Both the position numbers and the translations under genes were made by a program. Positions 1 to 21,740 of a stretch of DNA of 64,000 nucleotides are shown in pieces (position 1 is the stretch's first letter; each line of letters opens with the position of its first letter). This stretch comes from Amoebidium appalachense (lineage: Eukaryota > Protista > Ichthyosporea), in contig CAVNZM010000001.1 in NCBI GenBank assembly GCA_963693365.1, forward strand, positions 12,612,161-12,676,160. The letters are read 5' to 3'. Under the pieces are notes generated by a model. The model was given only the letters and a program-made list of their open reading frames with translations. It searched no databases and was not told where the DNA came from.

Positions 1-42
1 GGTAAGGTGTTGGCTGTAGGCGGGTTCGTGCGTGTTTTTCAG

Positions 43-75
43 TCTGCCGTTGACCCAAGGCACCCCCTCCTGCTG
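43..75 (+). CDS. possible upstream mini-exon of the kinase (SAVDPRHPLLL)
   Basis: Bounded by tttttcAG (41-42) and GTgagt (76). It is 33 nt, phase 0, and compatible with the phase-0 acceptor at 2221. A donor-like GTAAGG sits at position 2. Confidence 0.35.
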
Positions 76-223
76 GTGAGTGCGTGACTCGCACGTAGAC
101 TCAACCGCAGATAATTACTGCATGTTGATTTTTCTATCTTCATCTGTTGCGACTTTCGCACACTACCACATAATTCTCTTACCGGAGGCCCGCACATACA
201 CACATGCACACAATCTACACACG

Positions 224-317
<94 letters not shown>

Positions 318-577
318 GTGGCACACGAAGCACACACATACACACTGCTTTACACAGATATACTCGACGGCCCACACACACAGACTGTCTCACACGTGCC
401 TTTCGCTCCATTATGTACATATGCCGTTATGATTAGTCTTTTCAAAACACCCGCCAACACACACACAGGCACACACTCTTGCTCGCACAACTACACTCAA
501 GTTTGAACACACAGATACATGCACATCCAGACTGGCATGATTGCGCAAATATATGCCATGCAAAACATTTACCCCTC

Positions 578-696
<119 letters not shown>

Positions 697-1129
697 CACA
701 ACTACAACCACCATGACGAACACCCCCCAAAAAACACGTACAGCACACACACACACGTGGCATGGAATACATAAGCAACAGCCGCCCCGTCTCCCCCCCG
801 TCTCTCTCCCCCTCCCGCCCCCCCCCCTCCTCCTTGCATGCACTGCCCTTCCTGCAAGTTCTGAGCCATGCTTCGTCTTTCTGGTTCTCACGATTGCCTT
901 TCTTCAATATTCCAAACTCGTGTGTATTTCCGTTGTGTACACAGTTAAGCTCATGCCCTCTTCTCGCTTGGCGGCTGTCTCTCGTCGTTTTTTTGATTAT
1001 GGTTATTTGAGAAAAGCTCGAAGGGGAAGGGTGTGTGTTGTGCAGATTGGGTGGTCGGTAGATTGGTGCTAGTTAAGTGTGGGTGTGGGTGTGTGGCTGT
1101 GTGTGTGGGTGTTTGTGTGTGTATGTGCG

Positions 1130-1249
<120 letters not shown>

Positions 1250-1350
1250 CGCGTGTGTGGGGAGGGGAGGAAGGGTGGGGAGGGCCTGCGTACACAGTGT
1301 TATTTGGAGGGTTGGGAGGGGCAAAAAGAAGGCCAAGGGAAACGGAAGAG

Positions 1351-1415
<65 letters not shown>

Positions 1416-1701
1416 TGTGTGTGTGGTTTTAAAAGTTTTTTTTTTGGGGGGGGGGGGGGAGGGGGGGAAGGGGGGGGGAGATGGGGGGGGGGGGAGGAGG
1501 TAAGAATTTAATCGGGACGTTCTGTTCTAAACGTGGGTGGCTGTATTTGCTCAGCCTCCCGCCCCTCCCCCCTGCCCCCGCCCCCCCCCCACACACACCC
1601 TCTTTTCTCTTAACCCCCTCCTCTCCTCCTTCTTTGGGAAAGCGCTCTGCACACCGTCTCTCCCCCATTGTCTGATATGATTTTACCTTGGTGGACATGA
1701 G

Positions 1702-1743
<42 letters not shown>

Positions 1744-2191
1744 CGCATGCACACACGCACACACACATAACACACGCACGCACAACACACAATACACCCA
1801 TTTACGCACACACACACGAGCACACATCACATACACCACACACACACAATACACACTTGACTCACGTTCATGTTCACGGATGCCATGCAAGAACTATTTA
1901 AGCCGAATGAAGTATGGGTTTTGGTTGTTGTCTTTGCACATATAGGTCGGTCTGTCACGAGTCTCCCTCCCCCTCCCTACCCCTCTCCGCTGTGTTTTTT
2001 TAACACAGTTTTTCCGCCTTTCTAACACATGCCCCCCCTCCGCCTCCCCCCCCCCCCCCCCCCCCCCCTCCCCGTTTCCCCTCCCCCCTCCCTCCTCTTC
2101 CCCCTCTCCCCCCTTCCCCTTTCCCCCCCCGCCATTTGTCTAAACAGGTATTTTTTTTTTTTTTTTTGAATCCGCACATATTCACGCCACC

Positions 2192-10904
<8,713 letters not shown>

Positions 10905-11229
10905 TTGGTTGCTCCCCGTCGCTACATGCATGGCGGTAGTGTTGGTTTGGTAACATAGTAGTAGTAGTCTTTGGAATTTATGTTTTGTAATTGAAAACCC
11001 CCCTTCAAACCCCCCCCCCCCCCCCCACCCCTCCGCGCCTAAATGCAGTTATGTGATACGAGTAATATAATGTGTTGATAATGTGTGATTATAGTACTAC
11101 ACGCACACTTGTGGTCTTAACATAAAAGGCATTGGGGTGTGCATTAAGGCACCGGAGCCACAAGGACGGTGTTCTGCATGCTCTTGTACGTAAAAACGAT
11201 AAGACACATTACCCCCCCCCCCCCCCCCC

Positions 11230-11309
<80 letters not shown>

Positions 11310-11682
11310 GTCATGTTCTGTACTCTGCTACCTATTCTAAGGCTTCACTCTATCTAATACATATAGGTGCATTGTTGGCCGTTGATTTACCAGACAAAGA
11401 GCATTACTATTAGGTTGTCTCTGAAACGCAGGCCCGGTGTCAGTAAGCGAGTGTATGCAAAAATCAACGGATGTATGACTAGAATATAAGTGCCTAGAGT
11501 TTGCATATGTGCCCAAATGTTTGGTGGTTGGGTGGCTGGTGAATATCTGGAAAAATCCATTCCAAACTCCTAAACCTGCGTGCATGGAAGGTTTTGTGTG
11601 CTTGTGACTGGTGTGTGTTTGTCAGAGGGAAGGAATAAGTAAGAGGTGTGTGTGGGTGTGGGTGTTTTTTGGGTGTGTGTGT

Positions 11683-11725
<43 letters not shown>

Positions 11726-11937
11726 CTTGAAAAGGCTAATATTAATGAGCTATAGGAGAGTGTGTGCCTGGACAGCAGAGATCATGGACGTTGACATGAT
11801 ATGGTGTGCCATTACAGCGACCACTTTTATGTTGAAAGTAATGCCGTGCATATGGGAAGCTGTACATGGTACGAAAATAAAAGCAGACTCTTATGATTAT
11901 GTGTCACGTGATCGAGTGACGCTTTGTGTATGCAGTT

Positions 11938-11968
<31 letters not shown>

Positions 11969-12801
11969 GTGACATTTGAGCTGATGTTTGTGTGCCGACG
12001 GGGAGGGGGGGGAGGGGGGGGGGGGGGGGGGGGGAGGGGGGGGGGGGGCTCTATCTGGGGCTGGCAGCTCCGGGATCCCGTGCATGAAAAATGTACCCTT
12101 TGTGACGTCATCATGGTGTGCGACTGTGCTGAAAACGGACTCTCTCTGCAAATGACCACCAATTATAACCTTGTTTTCCTGTTGCGCTGTGTGACATGTA
12201 CTGTACATGTCTGAGACTCTTCCCTCAGCCTCCCCATGGGCCATTTCTCAATCCTGTACATCATCTCAAATCGGTGCAGCACTTGGCCAAGTGCAAACGC
12301 ATTGGCTTGGATACACAGAGCCAGCAGTAGAACGGAACTGGACCGTGTGCAAAGCGGTCCAACAGCAGCAACGAGAGTCTGGAGGACCTTGAAGAGCCAC
12401 AGAGCGGAGAGACGATGTCGGCCACGGCATCACACAAGTCTTTGGATGTCCCCGCACCAAAGTTCTTCATCTGATTGGTTGCTCCCCGTCGCTACATGCA
12501 TGGCGGTAGTGTTGGTTTGGTAACATAGTAGTAGTAGTCTTTGGAATTTATGTTTTGTAATTGAAAACCCCCCTTCAAACCCCCCCCCCCCCCCCCCCCA
12601 CCCCTCCGCGCCTAAATGCAGTTATGTGATACGAGTAATATAATGTGTTGATAATGTGTGATTATAGTACTACACGCACACTTGTGGTCTTAACATAAAA
12701 GGCATTGGGGTGTGCATTAAGGCACCGGAGCCACAAGGACGGTGTTCTGCATGCTCTTGTACGTAAAAACGATAAGACACATTACCCCCCCCCCCCCCCC
12801 C

Positions 12802-12881
<80 letters not shown>

Positions 12882-13493
12882 GTCATGTTCTGTACTCTGC
12901 TACCTATTCTAAGGCTTCACTCTATCTAATACATATAGGTGCATTGTTGGCCGTTGATTTACCAGACAAAGAGCATTACTATTAGGTTGTCTCTGAAACG
13001 CAGGCCCGGTGTCAGTAAGCGAGTGTATGCAAAAATCAACGGATGTATGACTAGAATATAAGTGCCTAGAGTTTGCATATGTGCCCAAATGTTTGGTGGT
13101 TGGGTGGCTGGTGAATATCTGGAAAAATCCATTCCAAACTCCTAAACCTGCGTGCATGGAAGGTTTTGTGTGCTTGTGACTGGTGTGTGTTTGTCAGAGG
13201 GAAGGAATAAGTAAGAGGTGTGTGTGGGTGTGGGTGTTTTTTGGGTGTGTGTGTGTGGGGGGGGGGGGGGGGGGGGGGGGGCTTGAAAAGGCTAATATTA
13301 ATGAGCTATAGGAGAGTGTGTGCCTGGACAGCAGAGATCATGGACGTTGACATGATATGGTGTGCCATTACAGCGACCACTTTTATGTTGAAAGTAATGC
13401 CGTGCATATGGGAAGCTGTACATGGTACGAAAATAAAAGCAGACTCTTATGATTATGTGTCACGTGATCGAGTGACGCTTTGTGTATGCAGTT

Positions 13494-13524
<31 letters not shown>

Positions 13525-13560
13525 GTGACATTTGAGCTGATGTTTGTGTGCCGACGGGGA

Positions 13561-13592
<32 letters not shown>

Positions 13593-14679
13593 GCTCTATC
13601 TGGGGCTGGCAGCTCCGGGATCCCGTGCATGAAAAATGTACCCTTTGTGACGTCATCATGGTGTGCGACTGTGCTGAAAACGGACTCTCTCTGCAAATGA
13701 CCACCAATTATAACCTTGTTTTCCTGTTGCGCTGTGTGACATGTACTGTACATGTCTGAGACTCTTCCCTCAGCCTCCCCATGGGCCATTTCTCAATCCT
13801 GTACATCATCTCAAATCGGTGCAGCACTTGGCCAAGTGCAAACGCATTGGCTTGGATACACAGAGCCAGCAGTAGAACGGAACTGGACCGTGTGCAAAGC
13901 CCCCATTCCCTCCCCTCCTTCCCCCCCCCCGTGACATACGGACACAGTACACTGTGTGTGACAGAACTTACAACATGCAGCAGCCAGCTACCGACACACA
14001 CCTCTACAGGCGTACGCCGCAGATGCGCACGGGCACGTAACCGCCCTCCCCCGGCCTCCCCCCCCCCCCCCCCCCCCCCCCACCACCACCACCACCACCA
14101 CCACCACCCACCCTCCCCCCGCTCCCCCTCCCCAAGCAAAAGTGATGAGTAGGCGATGCAAGCTGAACGTAAACAATATAGCTAGGATTAAACATTACGC
14201 GGACAACTGTGATGAGCAGATATCTGCTTGGGCCATGAAACGATGCTGGGTGCCAAGGTAGAAGAACCAAAACTGTGACCAGCAAGTTTAAGTCTTAGAA
14301 AGATGATGAAAAACGCAGCACAACGAAACTTGAGGAACACAAGGGCCGGTCAGCGTCTTAAATACTGAAAACTATTTCGTCTTAGATTACCAGCTGCCAG
14401 CAACCTGGGGTAAGTCTTCAATATTCGCCTTGCAGCATGTTTATTATTGCGCATGCATAGCCTTGGCAGTGGCAAAACGATCTCTAATACTTATTTATCT
14501 AGCTAGCACTCAGTGTGTCTTATCGTGAGTAAGACTTCATACTATCTGCTAGATAATATTGCAGTACACCACCTCCGGGGGGGCGGGATCCGAAGGGGGA
14601 GGGGGAGAGGGAGGGGGGGGGGGGGGGGGGGGGGGGGGGCACTGCGTGTGATTATGTGTGCGTGTATGTGTTTGTGTGT

Positions 14680-14721
<42 letters not shown>

Positions 14722-14952
14722 GGTGTGTGGGTGTGTGTGTGTGTGTGTGCACATGTGTGTAGGTGTAGATGCGGGACGTGCATGTGTGCATTTGTGCCTG
14801 ACAGGCGCCCTTGTGTGTCCTGTATGCGTGTGTGTGTGTGCGTGTGTCACGGTGCGTGTGTATGTGTGTCCGTGTGAGGGTGTGTGCGCGCGTGCGCACT
14901 GTACTTTCTGGCTCCCCCCCCCCCCCCCCCCCCCCCCCCCGCCCACACATAC

Positions 14953-15072
<120 letters not shown>

Positions 15073-15488
15073 AACACAAACGCCCGCACACACGCACGCA
15101 CGCACGCACGCACGCGGCACGCCCACACGCCCACACAGTGTCACACACACACAGACATCGCTGGCAGGCCCTCGCAATCAAGATCTTTGGTGGCACTTGC
15201 CAGCGCTAGCTGGCACTTGCCACGGTCCGTGGCGGCTAATGCATAGTTCACCCTAACCATTGCATATAGAATACTTGAAACAATTGCATTGCGTAATATT
15301 TTTCTTTTGACTGGATACTATATTCGACGGAAAGATATGCAAGCATGCACGGCATACTGAGAACTTACAATAAAAACTTCACGAGGTATCTAGTAACAAG
15401 TGCATACTGAGATACCTGAACACTGTGTGAAAATCATATAAATACTCAATGTGACGACCAACAGAATTCAACAAAAAGTTTAAAGTGT

Positions 15489-16178
15489 TCACATTGCCAG
15501 CCAGTGTAGCAGACACCCGTAGGGAAAGAGGTAAAACGCGACATAAAAACTCACACCTATCAACTGTTGAACATGCTTTCGATTAAAAAGTTCAGCACAA
15601 AAGTGGCACCAGCGGCGATGGAAACAAGAAATACAACACCACTGCACAACTTCCCAGGCAATATCAACATCAGAGCACCATACAGACTTATCTACTAGGG
15701 TGGTATCCATACGTACAGCAGGAGAAATGTATCCTGCCAAAGCTCCCAAAAAGCGATAATGATCAGTACGGTGTTGCCTAAGGAACATAACACATGCCGA
15801 CTGAGTTTTACCTTTGATTTCTTGATCAGAACGAGAAAGAAACTTATACTGCATATGGTAGTAACTCGAAAAGGCAGAAAAAACAGGAAGAGAAAAGAAA
15901 GAGGGAGTGAGATAGCGAGAGGAAGAATCAGGTTGAAAGAGGGTAGGCTGAGGACATTCAGAAGTGGTGATGGTGAATCGGGGGGGAGGAGGGATGGAGG
16001 GAGGGGGGGGAAAGAAAGCATGAAGAGGGTGACCATCAGGTATCCTAACTAAATGGAAACAAAAACGAAGAGACAATTCCTCCATACGACAAACAGCAGA
16101 CGACAATCCAAATATACTGATGAAGGGAGGCACAAACCGAGTGCGAAACAAAGTGCGCAGCGCAGTACCCTGAAAATC
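15489..16178 (-). mobile_element. 3' fragment of a non-LTR retrotransposon (LINE) ORF2, degenerate
   Basis: The minus-strand ORF reads FQGTALRTLFRTRFVPPFISIFGLSSAVCRMEELSLRFCFHLVRIPDGHPLH, resembling the post-RT 'Q..ALR...GL...R...L...P..HPL' region, then a CHFCAELFNRKH zinc-knuckle-like motif. The 5' side is cut by Gypsy C. Confidence 0.45.
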
Positions 16179-17463
16179 GAGGTATTTGTCGGTGTCTGAG
16201 GTCGGGACCAAGTCTCATGGCTCGGCCCCTGCCTTAGCATCTACGGCTTTTATCTTAGCTCAGGAAGAAGATGTGTTGATTTATTCTGGTTAAGCATTAT
16301 TTAAAGGGGCCGGTTGATTCGATAAAATTTAAAAATAAAAGGCAGATGATTAAGGTAGCTAAGTTTGCAAAAATGTGTCAGGTAGAGCAGGATTTAGTTT
16401 ATCATTGTTCTGGGCCAGACGGACACCGAGTTTGGGTCCGGACGGCACTTGTGCCCGAGATTTTGCATATGGAGGGGGAGGGGGGGGGGGGGGGGGGAGA
16501 CCGAGGAGGAGTGTGAACGTAGTCGTAGGAATTTAATTTATTATCATAGGTGCCTCCTTAGGTATCAAAAGGCTTATGGTGTAGTTTAATCTATTATTTT
16601 CGTATTTTTTTTTATTTTTTTGGAGACAGATTAGTCTATGTCTTTTCGGGGTGTTTGGTGTAATGTGACTGGGGTGGAACTCAGCTCTTTCGGGGGCGAG
16701 GGGGGGAGTTGACATATACTAATCCGTCTCAGCAGATCATCCTAAGTCAACGATCATAATCGGGGGGGGGGGGGGGGGGGGAGGGGGGGGGGAGGGGGGC
16801 GGGTCCACAGATCATCAAGATCAAGTCCGGGGCCTCAAGATCAGCTGTACAGCTGCGGGCATCTTGTCTCTGCAGGCGCAGGGCAGGACCACGTCAGCCT
16901 GGAGCAGCCGACCAATAGAATTAGAAATAGTGTATAGGATAGATCTTAGGAGGACTTTGGATGGACACAATAAGTTCGGGCAGAAGCCCTTGCAAATATT
17001 GGCATTGCGTTCAGATAGTGCTGTCTGCCAAATGTACGTATATATTGTAGTACAGGAAAGAGTAGAGGGGGGGGAGGGGGGGCCCGGGAGATAGTATGAA
17101 ATGTAGACTTAGACTCTGCGGTGCCACTAGGGGTAGGGAGAGGGGAGAGACAAAGATATTTATATTAGTGTGAGCCGATAGACTTACCTCGTGCAGGCGC
17201 ACGATAGAGTTCATTAGATCGGAATGCATGGAATGTGGCATCGTGGAGGGGCCGAGTCATGATGATCTTTGGGGGCACGGCCTTGATGGCCGCAGTTGTA
17301 ACTTAGCTTGGCTCCGTTGGAACTCAGGTTGCCCGTGGGATCCCGCCCGGCCTACAGTAATAACTTTGCAGTTTTCTCATACACGTTCGTTCCTTTCCGT
17401 GTGTGTACACTTAGAAGAGTCACGGTGCGGCGTCTCTTATTACACACATGTTAGGGTACGACA
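16179..17463 (+). mobile_element. Gypsy remnant C (diverged copy of the A/B family): pre-integrase fragment, internal deletion, 3' UTR, PPT and 3' LTR
   Basis: 16179-16472 matches Gypsy B ~32331-32622, then jumps to the 3' UTR (GAGACCGAGGAGGAGTGTGAACG). [13 protein letters not shown] is followed by LTR 16710-17463 (TGACATATAC...GGTACGACA). Confidence 0.9.
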
Positions 17464-18165
17464 ATCATTTTCCACCCCATCGGCATCGACAAAACATGTG
17501 GAAACACCTACCGATCCAACTTGCCAGTAGCCAGGCAACCCCGCCGCCTTGGAGGAGACCGGGGGAAGGCCTTGATACCACGACAACCATTCTGGAACCC
17601 GAAACCGATGATAGAAATGTGAAAAATCATACTTGGCTACAACCAGGACGGAATCTTTAGGGATGATGATGCAACACAAATCCGACGGGCTGGAAAAAAG
17701 GGGATTGGGGGGATCAACCATAACTGCATTCATAGGACGGGCATCCATAATAAAACGATCTTCTTTCTCATCTTTTTCAACTGCAAACAAATCATTTATG
17801 ACTTTCGGGGGCTCATCTATAGTTCCGAAAAAGCAATCATGCCACACTCAAACATTCGCTTGGCTAATAGGGGCCACTCATCTGGTGACGAGAAGGCAAA
17901 GACAGGCCACCCGGGAGTGAGGTGGGATTCCTCTGCACCCTCAGTGGTGCTCAGGCTCTCAGTCGCCCTCTGTCCCATCCCGCAAGCTCCGTGCACGGGC
18001 GACTCCTCTGTCACAGTGGGCTCAGACTCGGACCCACTCTCACCGTGACCCTCACTCGACTCTGACACCACCACTGCATCGGGCGTCTCCAGCATCACCC
18101 TCAGGTCATTAAGGGGAAGGACCGAAAGGAGAGGGACAGTGGCACCAAATCCCGGAGAGGGAAGG
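17464..18165 (-). pseudogene. degenerate reverse transcriptase of a tyrosine-recombinase (DIRS/Ngaro-like) retrotransposon
   Basis: Reads LPSPGFGATVPLLSVLP...LAKRMFECGMIAF, then after a frameshift PKVINDLFAVEKDEKEDRFIMDARPMNA...AKYDFSHFYHRFRVP...GLPP (RT motifs 1-3 of DIRS-like type). The frame continues across the Copia 1 insertion (AFTPIVAERMA at 21741-21780). Confidence 0.6.
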
Positions 18166-21100
18166 TGTCGAACAGGATAGCCATCCGGTATGCCCTGCGT
18201 TAGCGTAGCACTAGTGATCGGGAATATTCGAGATATTCGGGATAAACTGGTGGATAGGTTCACGATAGATCAGGATAGATCTAGAGGAGTCTAGAAGATT
18301 CTGTTGGAGTGTTCTGATTGGTAGCGACTAGATCCATAGCGGCGGGTAGACCAATCGGGAATAGTATGTAACATTCCAGTGAGCCAGACCACAAGTATAT
18401 AAAGGTCCCGGTGGGCCAGTCAATGTAAGTCAGCAAATAATAAAGTCTCACAGAGAAACCTCTAAGTTACGGTTATGGGCCCAGTGCAACGCTACGATCA
18501 AGCGACTGTTGAGACAAGATGGGAAGAGCAAAATGTCCAGTTCCCATGTATGAAGGAGAAGGCAAGGGCAAAATCTCCTACTCAATGTGGGCCATGCGCA
18601 TGAAGTGCTTCCTCGAGGGCGAGGAATTATGGTACACGATTGAAGACGTGGCTCCTGAAGTGATAGGAGAGGACGGCGAACTGGTGGAGCAACCTCCGGT
18701 GGAGATCGACCCCTTGGACCAGAAGAAGGCGACTTCCTACCTGGTGGAGACACTAGGTGATGTACCTGCAAGCCTGTGTCGGCGAGCTATTGCCGTAGGA
18801 AATCCCAAGGACATATGGGATACGGTAGCATCATACGCTGCGCGCAACACAGATGAGCACAAGAGAATGTTGATTCAACAGTTCTGGCGTGCTGATATGA
18901 TGCCGACGGAAAGCGTGCTGGAGTATGCGGCCCGTCTGGAGTGCATTGTGCAGGATCTTCTTCATATCGACCCCAATGGAGTTAGTGAGGACATGGTTGC
19001 CGAGAAATTCCTGGACGGTGTAGGCGCTGACGACCGATTCCGCACCGACGTTAGGACCATTCAAGCTTTACCAGCAGCTGAGAAGACAATGGAAAAGATA
19101 ATCGCCAAGCTGCGTGGTTTTGAGGAGAACGAGGCTGCAAGGGAGCAGCAGCGGGTGATGATGACCAGCACCCAAGGGCGCGGCGGTACGCCACGACAGG
19201 ACACCGGCAAGCCGCGCGTGACTGACATATCCAAGGTGGAGTGTTACAAATGTCACAAGTTTGGGCACTACAAGTCACAGTGTCCAAAGAAGAAGAAGGG
19301 CGGCAATCGCGGCGACAAGGCGAAGCAGAACGGAGCTTCCAAGGAGATACTCGCCATGGCGGTAAACAGCGGACTCCCTTCTTCAACTGAGTGGTATTGG
19401 GACTGCGGCGCAACCTCCCATGTCACATGCCGAAAGGACTGGATGGAAGACTTCCGCTCGATCACACCCAAACCCGTCGCTCTGGGTAACACCCCGGGTG
19501 TGATGGCGCTAGGAATAGGCGTCGTAAGATTAACAAGTGAGTTCCAGGGCAACAGCATGACATTTAGACTGCAGAATGTGCTGTACGTGCCAGTATTTGG
19601 AACTAACGTGATGTCGGCTTCAAGCGCCGGCAAGCACGGGTTAAGAGGCATCACCGACGGTCGACAGTGTACGATTGAGAGTGCCACAGATGGCCAAGTT
19701 GTGGCCCGTGGGGTAGTGGAGGGAGGCCTGTATCGTCTCCTAGTGAAACCCGTATGTGAGAGCGTGAACATGGTTACCACTGCAGTCGGCAGCAGTGGGG
19801 GTAACACCGTGTGTGAGCCGGTAAAGGGCAGCGCCAGTTTATGGCACCGGCGGTTTGGTCATGTGGCAATAAACACGCTACAGAAGATGGTTAAAGAAAA
19901 CATCGTCGAGGGTCTGTGCATCGACTGCAAACCCCAGGATGACGGTGTGTGCGAGGGATGCGCGAGAGGGAAGCAAGCCCGGCTCTCTTTCAGTAAGCTA
20001 CCCCGCAAGACAGCGCCAGCGAAGCTCGACAGAGTTCATTCTGATGTGGCAGGACCGTTCAACAAGGAGTCGCTGCAAGGTTCCAAGTATTATGTCACCT
20101 TCATCGACGACAAGACAAGGTTCACTACGGTGTACTTCATGAAACATAAATCCCAAGTGCATACTTACTTCAAGAAGTACAAGGCACACGTAGAGAACTT
20201 GAAGCAACACGGTGCCAGCATCAAGATTCTGCGTTCCGACAACGGGGGTGAGTACACCTCCACTGAGTTCAAGTCGTTCCTGGAAGCATGCGGCATTGAA
20301 CATGAGGCGACAGTCCCTTACACACCAGAGCAGAATGGTGTAGCAGAGAGGGCTAACAGGACCATTGTCGAGACGGCGCGCTGCATGCTGCAGTCAGCAG
20401 GCATGAGTATGGGGTTCTGGCAGCTGGCAGTACAGGCAGCTGTGTACATCAAGAACCTGACGCCAACCACAGTACTGGGTGGCATGACACCTTGGGAGGC
20501 ATGGTATGGAGAGAAGCCCGATGTTAGCCATCTACGTGTATTTGGTAGCAAGGCATTTGTCCATGTGCCGAAGGACGAGCGCAGGAAGCTAGACGCCAAG
20601 AGTCGGGAGTGTAAATTCGTCGGCTACACAGGTGACAGCAAGACGTACTTGTTGTGGGACACCGAGGCGCGCAAGACTATCGTCGGGCGAGATGTGGTGA
20701 TCGATGAATCATGCACCCCAAAGGCCGGTATTCCGGTGGTGCAAGATGAGCCAATGGAATTGCTGATGCATAAGCCAATCGGAAATCAGCAGAGCATGGA
20801 ATCGAGGAATCCAATCAGCGTCAAGAAGCAACATTCCTTTCGGAAGCCTGCAATCGGCACTGACAGTGGATATGATTCAGATGCTATCGGCGACGGCGCG
20901 GGCGAGGACAGCGGCGATTCGGACGCGGCAGGGTCAGGAGACGAGGAAGATAGTGCAGAGTTGCAGGTTGCAACCAGAAGTGCCTATCCGTCTATGACTA
21001 CAAGGCGCGGTGGGACCTACGGCATCAACGCAGGTGTAGTAGAGTACCGCGACAGTATCAGCATGGCAATTGAGAGTGCTGATAGCAATGAGGATGACCC

Positions 21101-21740
21101 TGTGACACTGGAAGAAGCAATCTCCAGGCCAGCATCAAACACATCGACGTTCAGTACCACTACACCCGTGAGTGTGTGGAGAATGGGGATGTAGAACTTG
21201 TGTATTGCAGCACGAACAGTAACGTGGCCGACATGTGCACCAAAGCTTTAGGGAGACTTAAGTTAGTGCAGCATCGGCAGGCCATCGGCATGGCTGAGTA
21301 AGAACTACAATTAGTGTAGTGTTAATGTTCGTGTAGTAGGTGTTATATGTGTTAGTATAGTAGCATAGTTTTAGAGTTGCATCTTAGGTTTAGGTTGCAT
21401 GCGGTAGATAGATAGAACACAGTGCAAGTGGGGGTGTCGAACAGGATAGCCATCCGGTATGCCCTGCGTTAGCGTAGCACTAGTGATCGGGAATATTCGA
21501 GATATTCGGGATAAACTGGTGGATAGGTTCACGATAGATCAGGATAGATCTAGAGGAGTCTAGAAGATTCTGTTGGAGTGTTCTGATTGGTAGCGACTAG
21601 ATCCATAGCGGCGGGTAGACCAATCGGGAATAGTATGTAACATTCCAGTGAGCCAGACCACAAGTATATAAAGGTCCCGGTGGGCCAGTCAATGTAAGTC
21701 AGCAAATAATAAAGTCTCACAGAGAAACCTCTAAGTTACA
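18166..21740 (+). mobile_element. Ty1/Copia LTR retrotransposon 1, lacking RT (non-autonomous)
   Basis: LTRs 18166-18470 and 21435-21740 (TGTCGAACAGG...AAGTTAC[A]) are essentially identical. 5-bp TSD GAAGG at 18161-18165 and 21741-21745. PBS GGTTATGGGCCCAG; PPT GCAAGTGGGGG. Confidence 0.96.
18519..21194 (+). CDS. Copia gag-protease-integrase polyprotein, truncated before RT
   Basis: CYKCHKFGHYKSQC zinc knuckle, WYWDCGATSH protease, LWHRRFGH...CEGC, HSDVAGP, RSDNGGEY, PEQNGVAER. An out-of-frame RNase H tail (KHIDVQYHYTRE...ADMCTKAL) follows at ~21135-21301. Confidence 0.93.
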   Translation: MGRAKCPVPMYEGEGKGKISYSMWAMRMKCFLEGEELWYTIEDVAPEVIGEDGELVEQPPVEIDPLDQKKATSYLVETLGDVPASLCRRAIAVGNPKDIWDTVASYAARNTDEHKRMLIQQFWRADMMPTESVLEYAARLECIVQDLLHIDPNGVSEDMVAEKFLDGVGADDRFRTDVRTIQALPAAEKTMEKIIAKLRGFEENEAAREQQRVMMTSTQGRGGTPRQDTGKPRVTDISKVECYKCHKFGHYKSQCPKKKKGGNRGDKAKQNGASKEILAMAVNSGLPSSTEWYWDCGATSHVTCRKDWMEDFRSITPKPVALGNTPGVMALGIGVVRLTSEFQGNSMTFRLQNVLYVPVFGTNVMSASSAGKHGLRGITDGRQCTIESATDGQVVARGVVEGGLYRLLVKPVCESVNMVTTAVGSSGGNTVCEPVKGSASLWHRRFGHVAINTLQKMVKENIVEGLCIDCKPQDDGVCEGCARGKQARLSFSKLPRKTAPAKLDRVHSDVAGPFNKESLQGSKYYVTFIDDKTRFTTVYFMKHKSQVHTYFKKYKAHVENLKQHGASIKILRSDNGGEYTSTEFKSFLEACGIEHEATVPYTPEQNGVAERANRTIVETARCMLQSAGMSMGFWQLAVQAAVYIKNLTPTTVLGGMTPWEAWYGEKPDVSHLRVFGSKAFVHVPKDERRKLDAKSRECKFVGYTGDSKTYLLWDTEARKTIVGRDVVIDESCTPKAGIPVVQDEPMELLMHKPIGNQQSMESRNPISVKKQHSFRKPAIGTDSGYDSDAIGDGAGEDSGDSDAAGSGDEEDSAELQVATRSAYPSMTTRRGGTYGINAGVVEYRDSISMAIESADSNEDDPVTLEEAISRPASNTSTFSTTTPVSVWRMGM

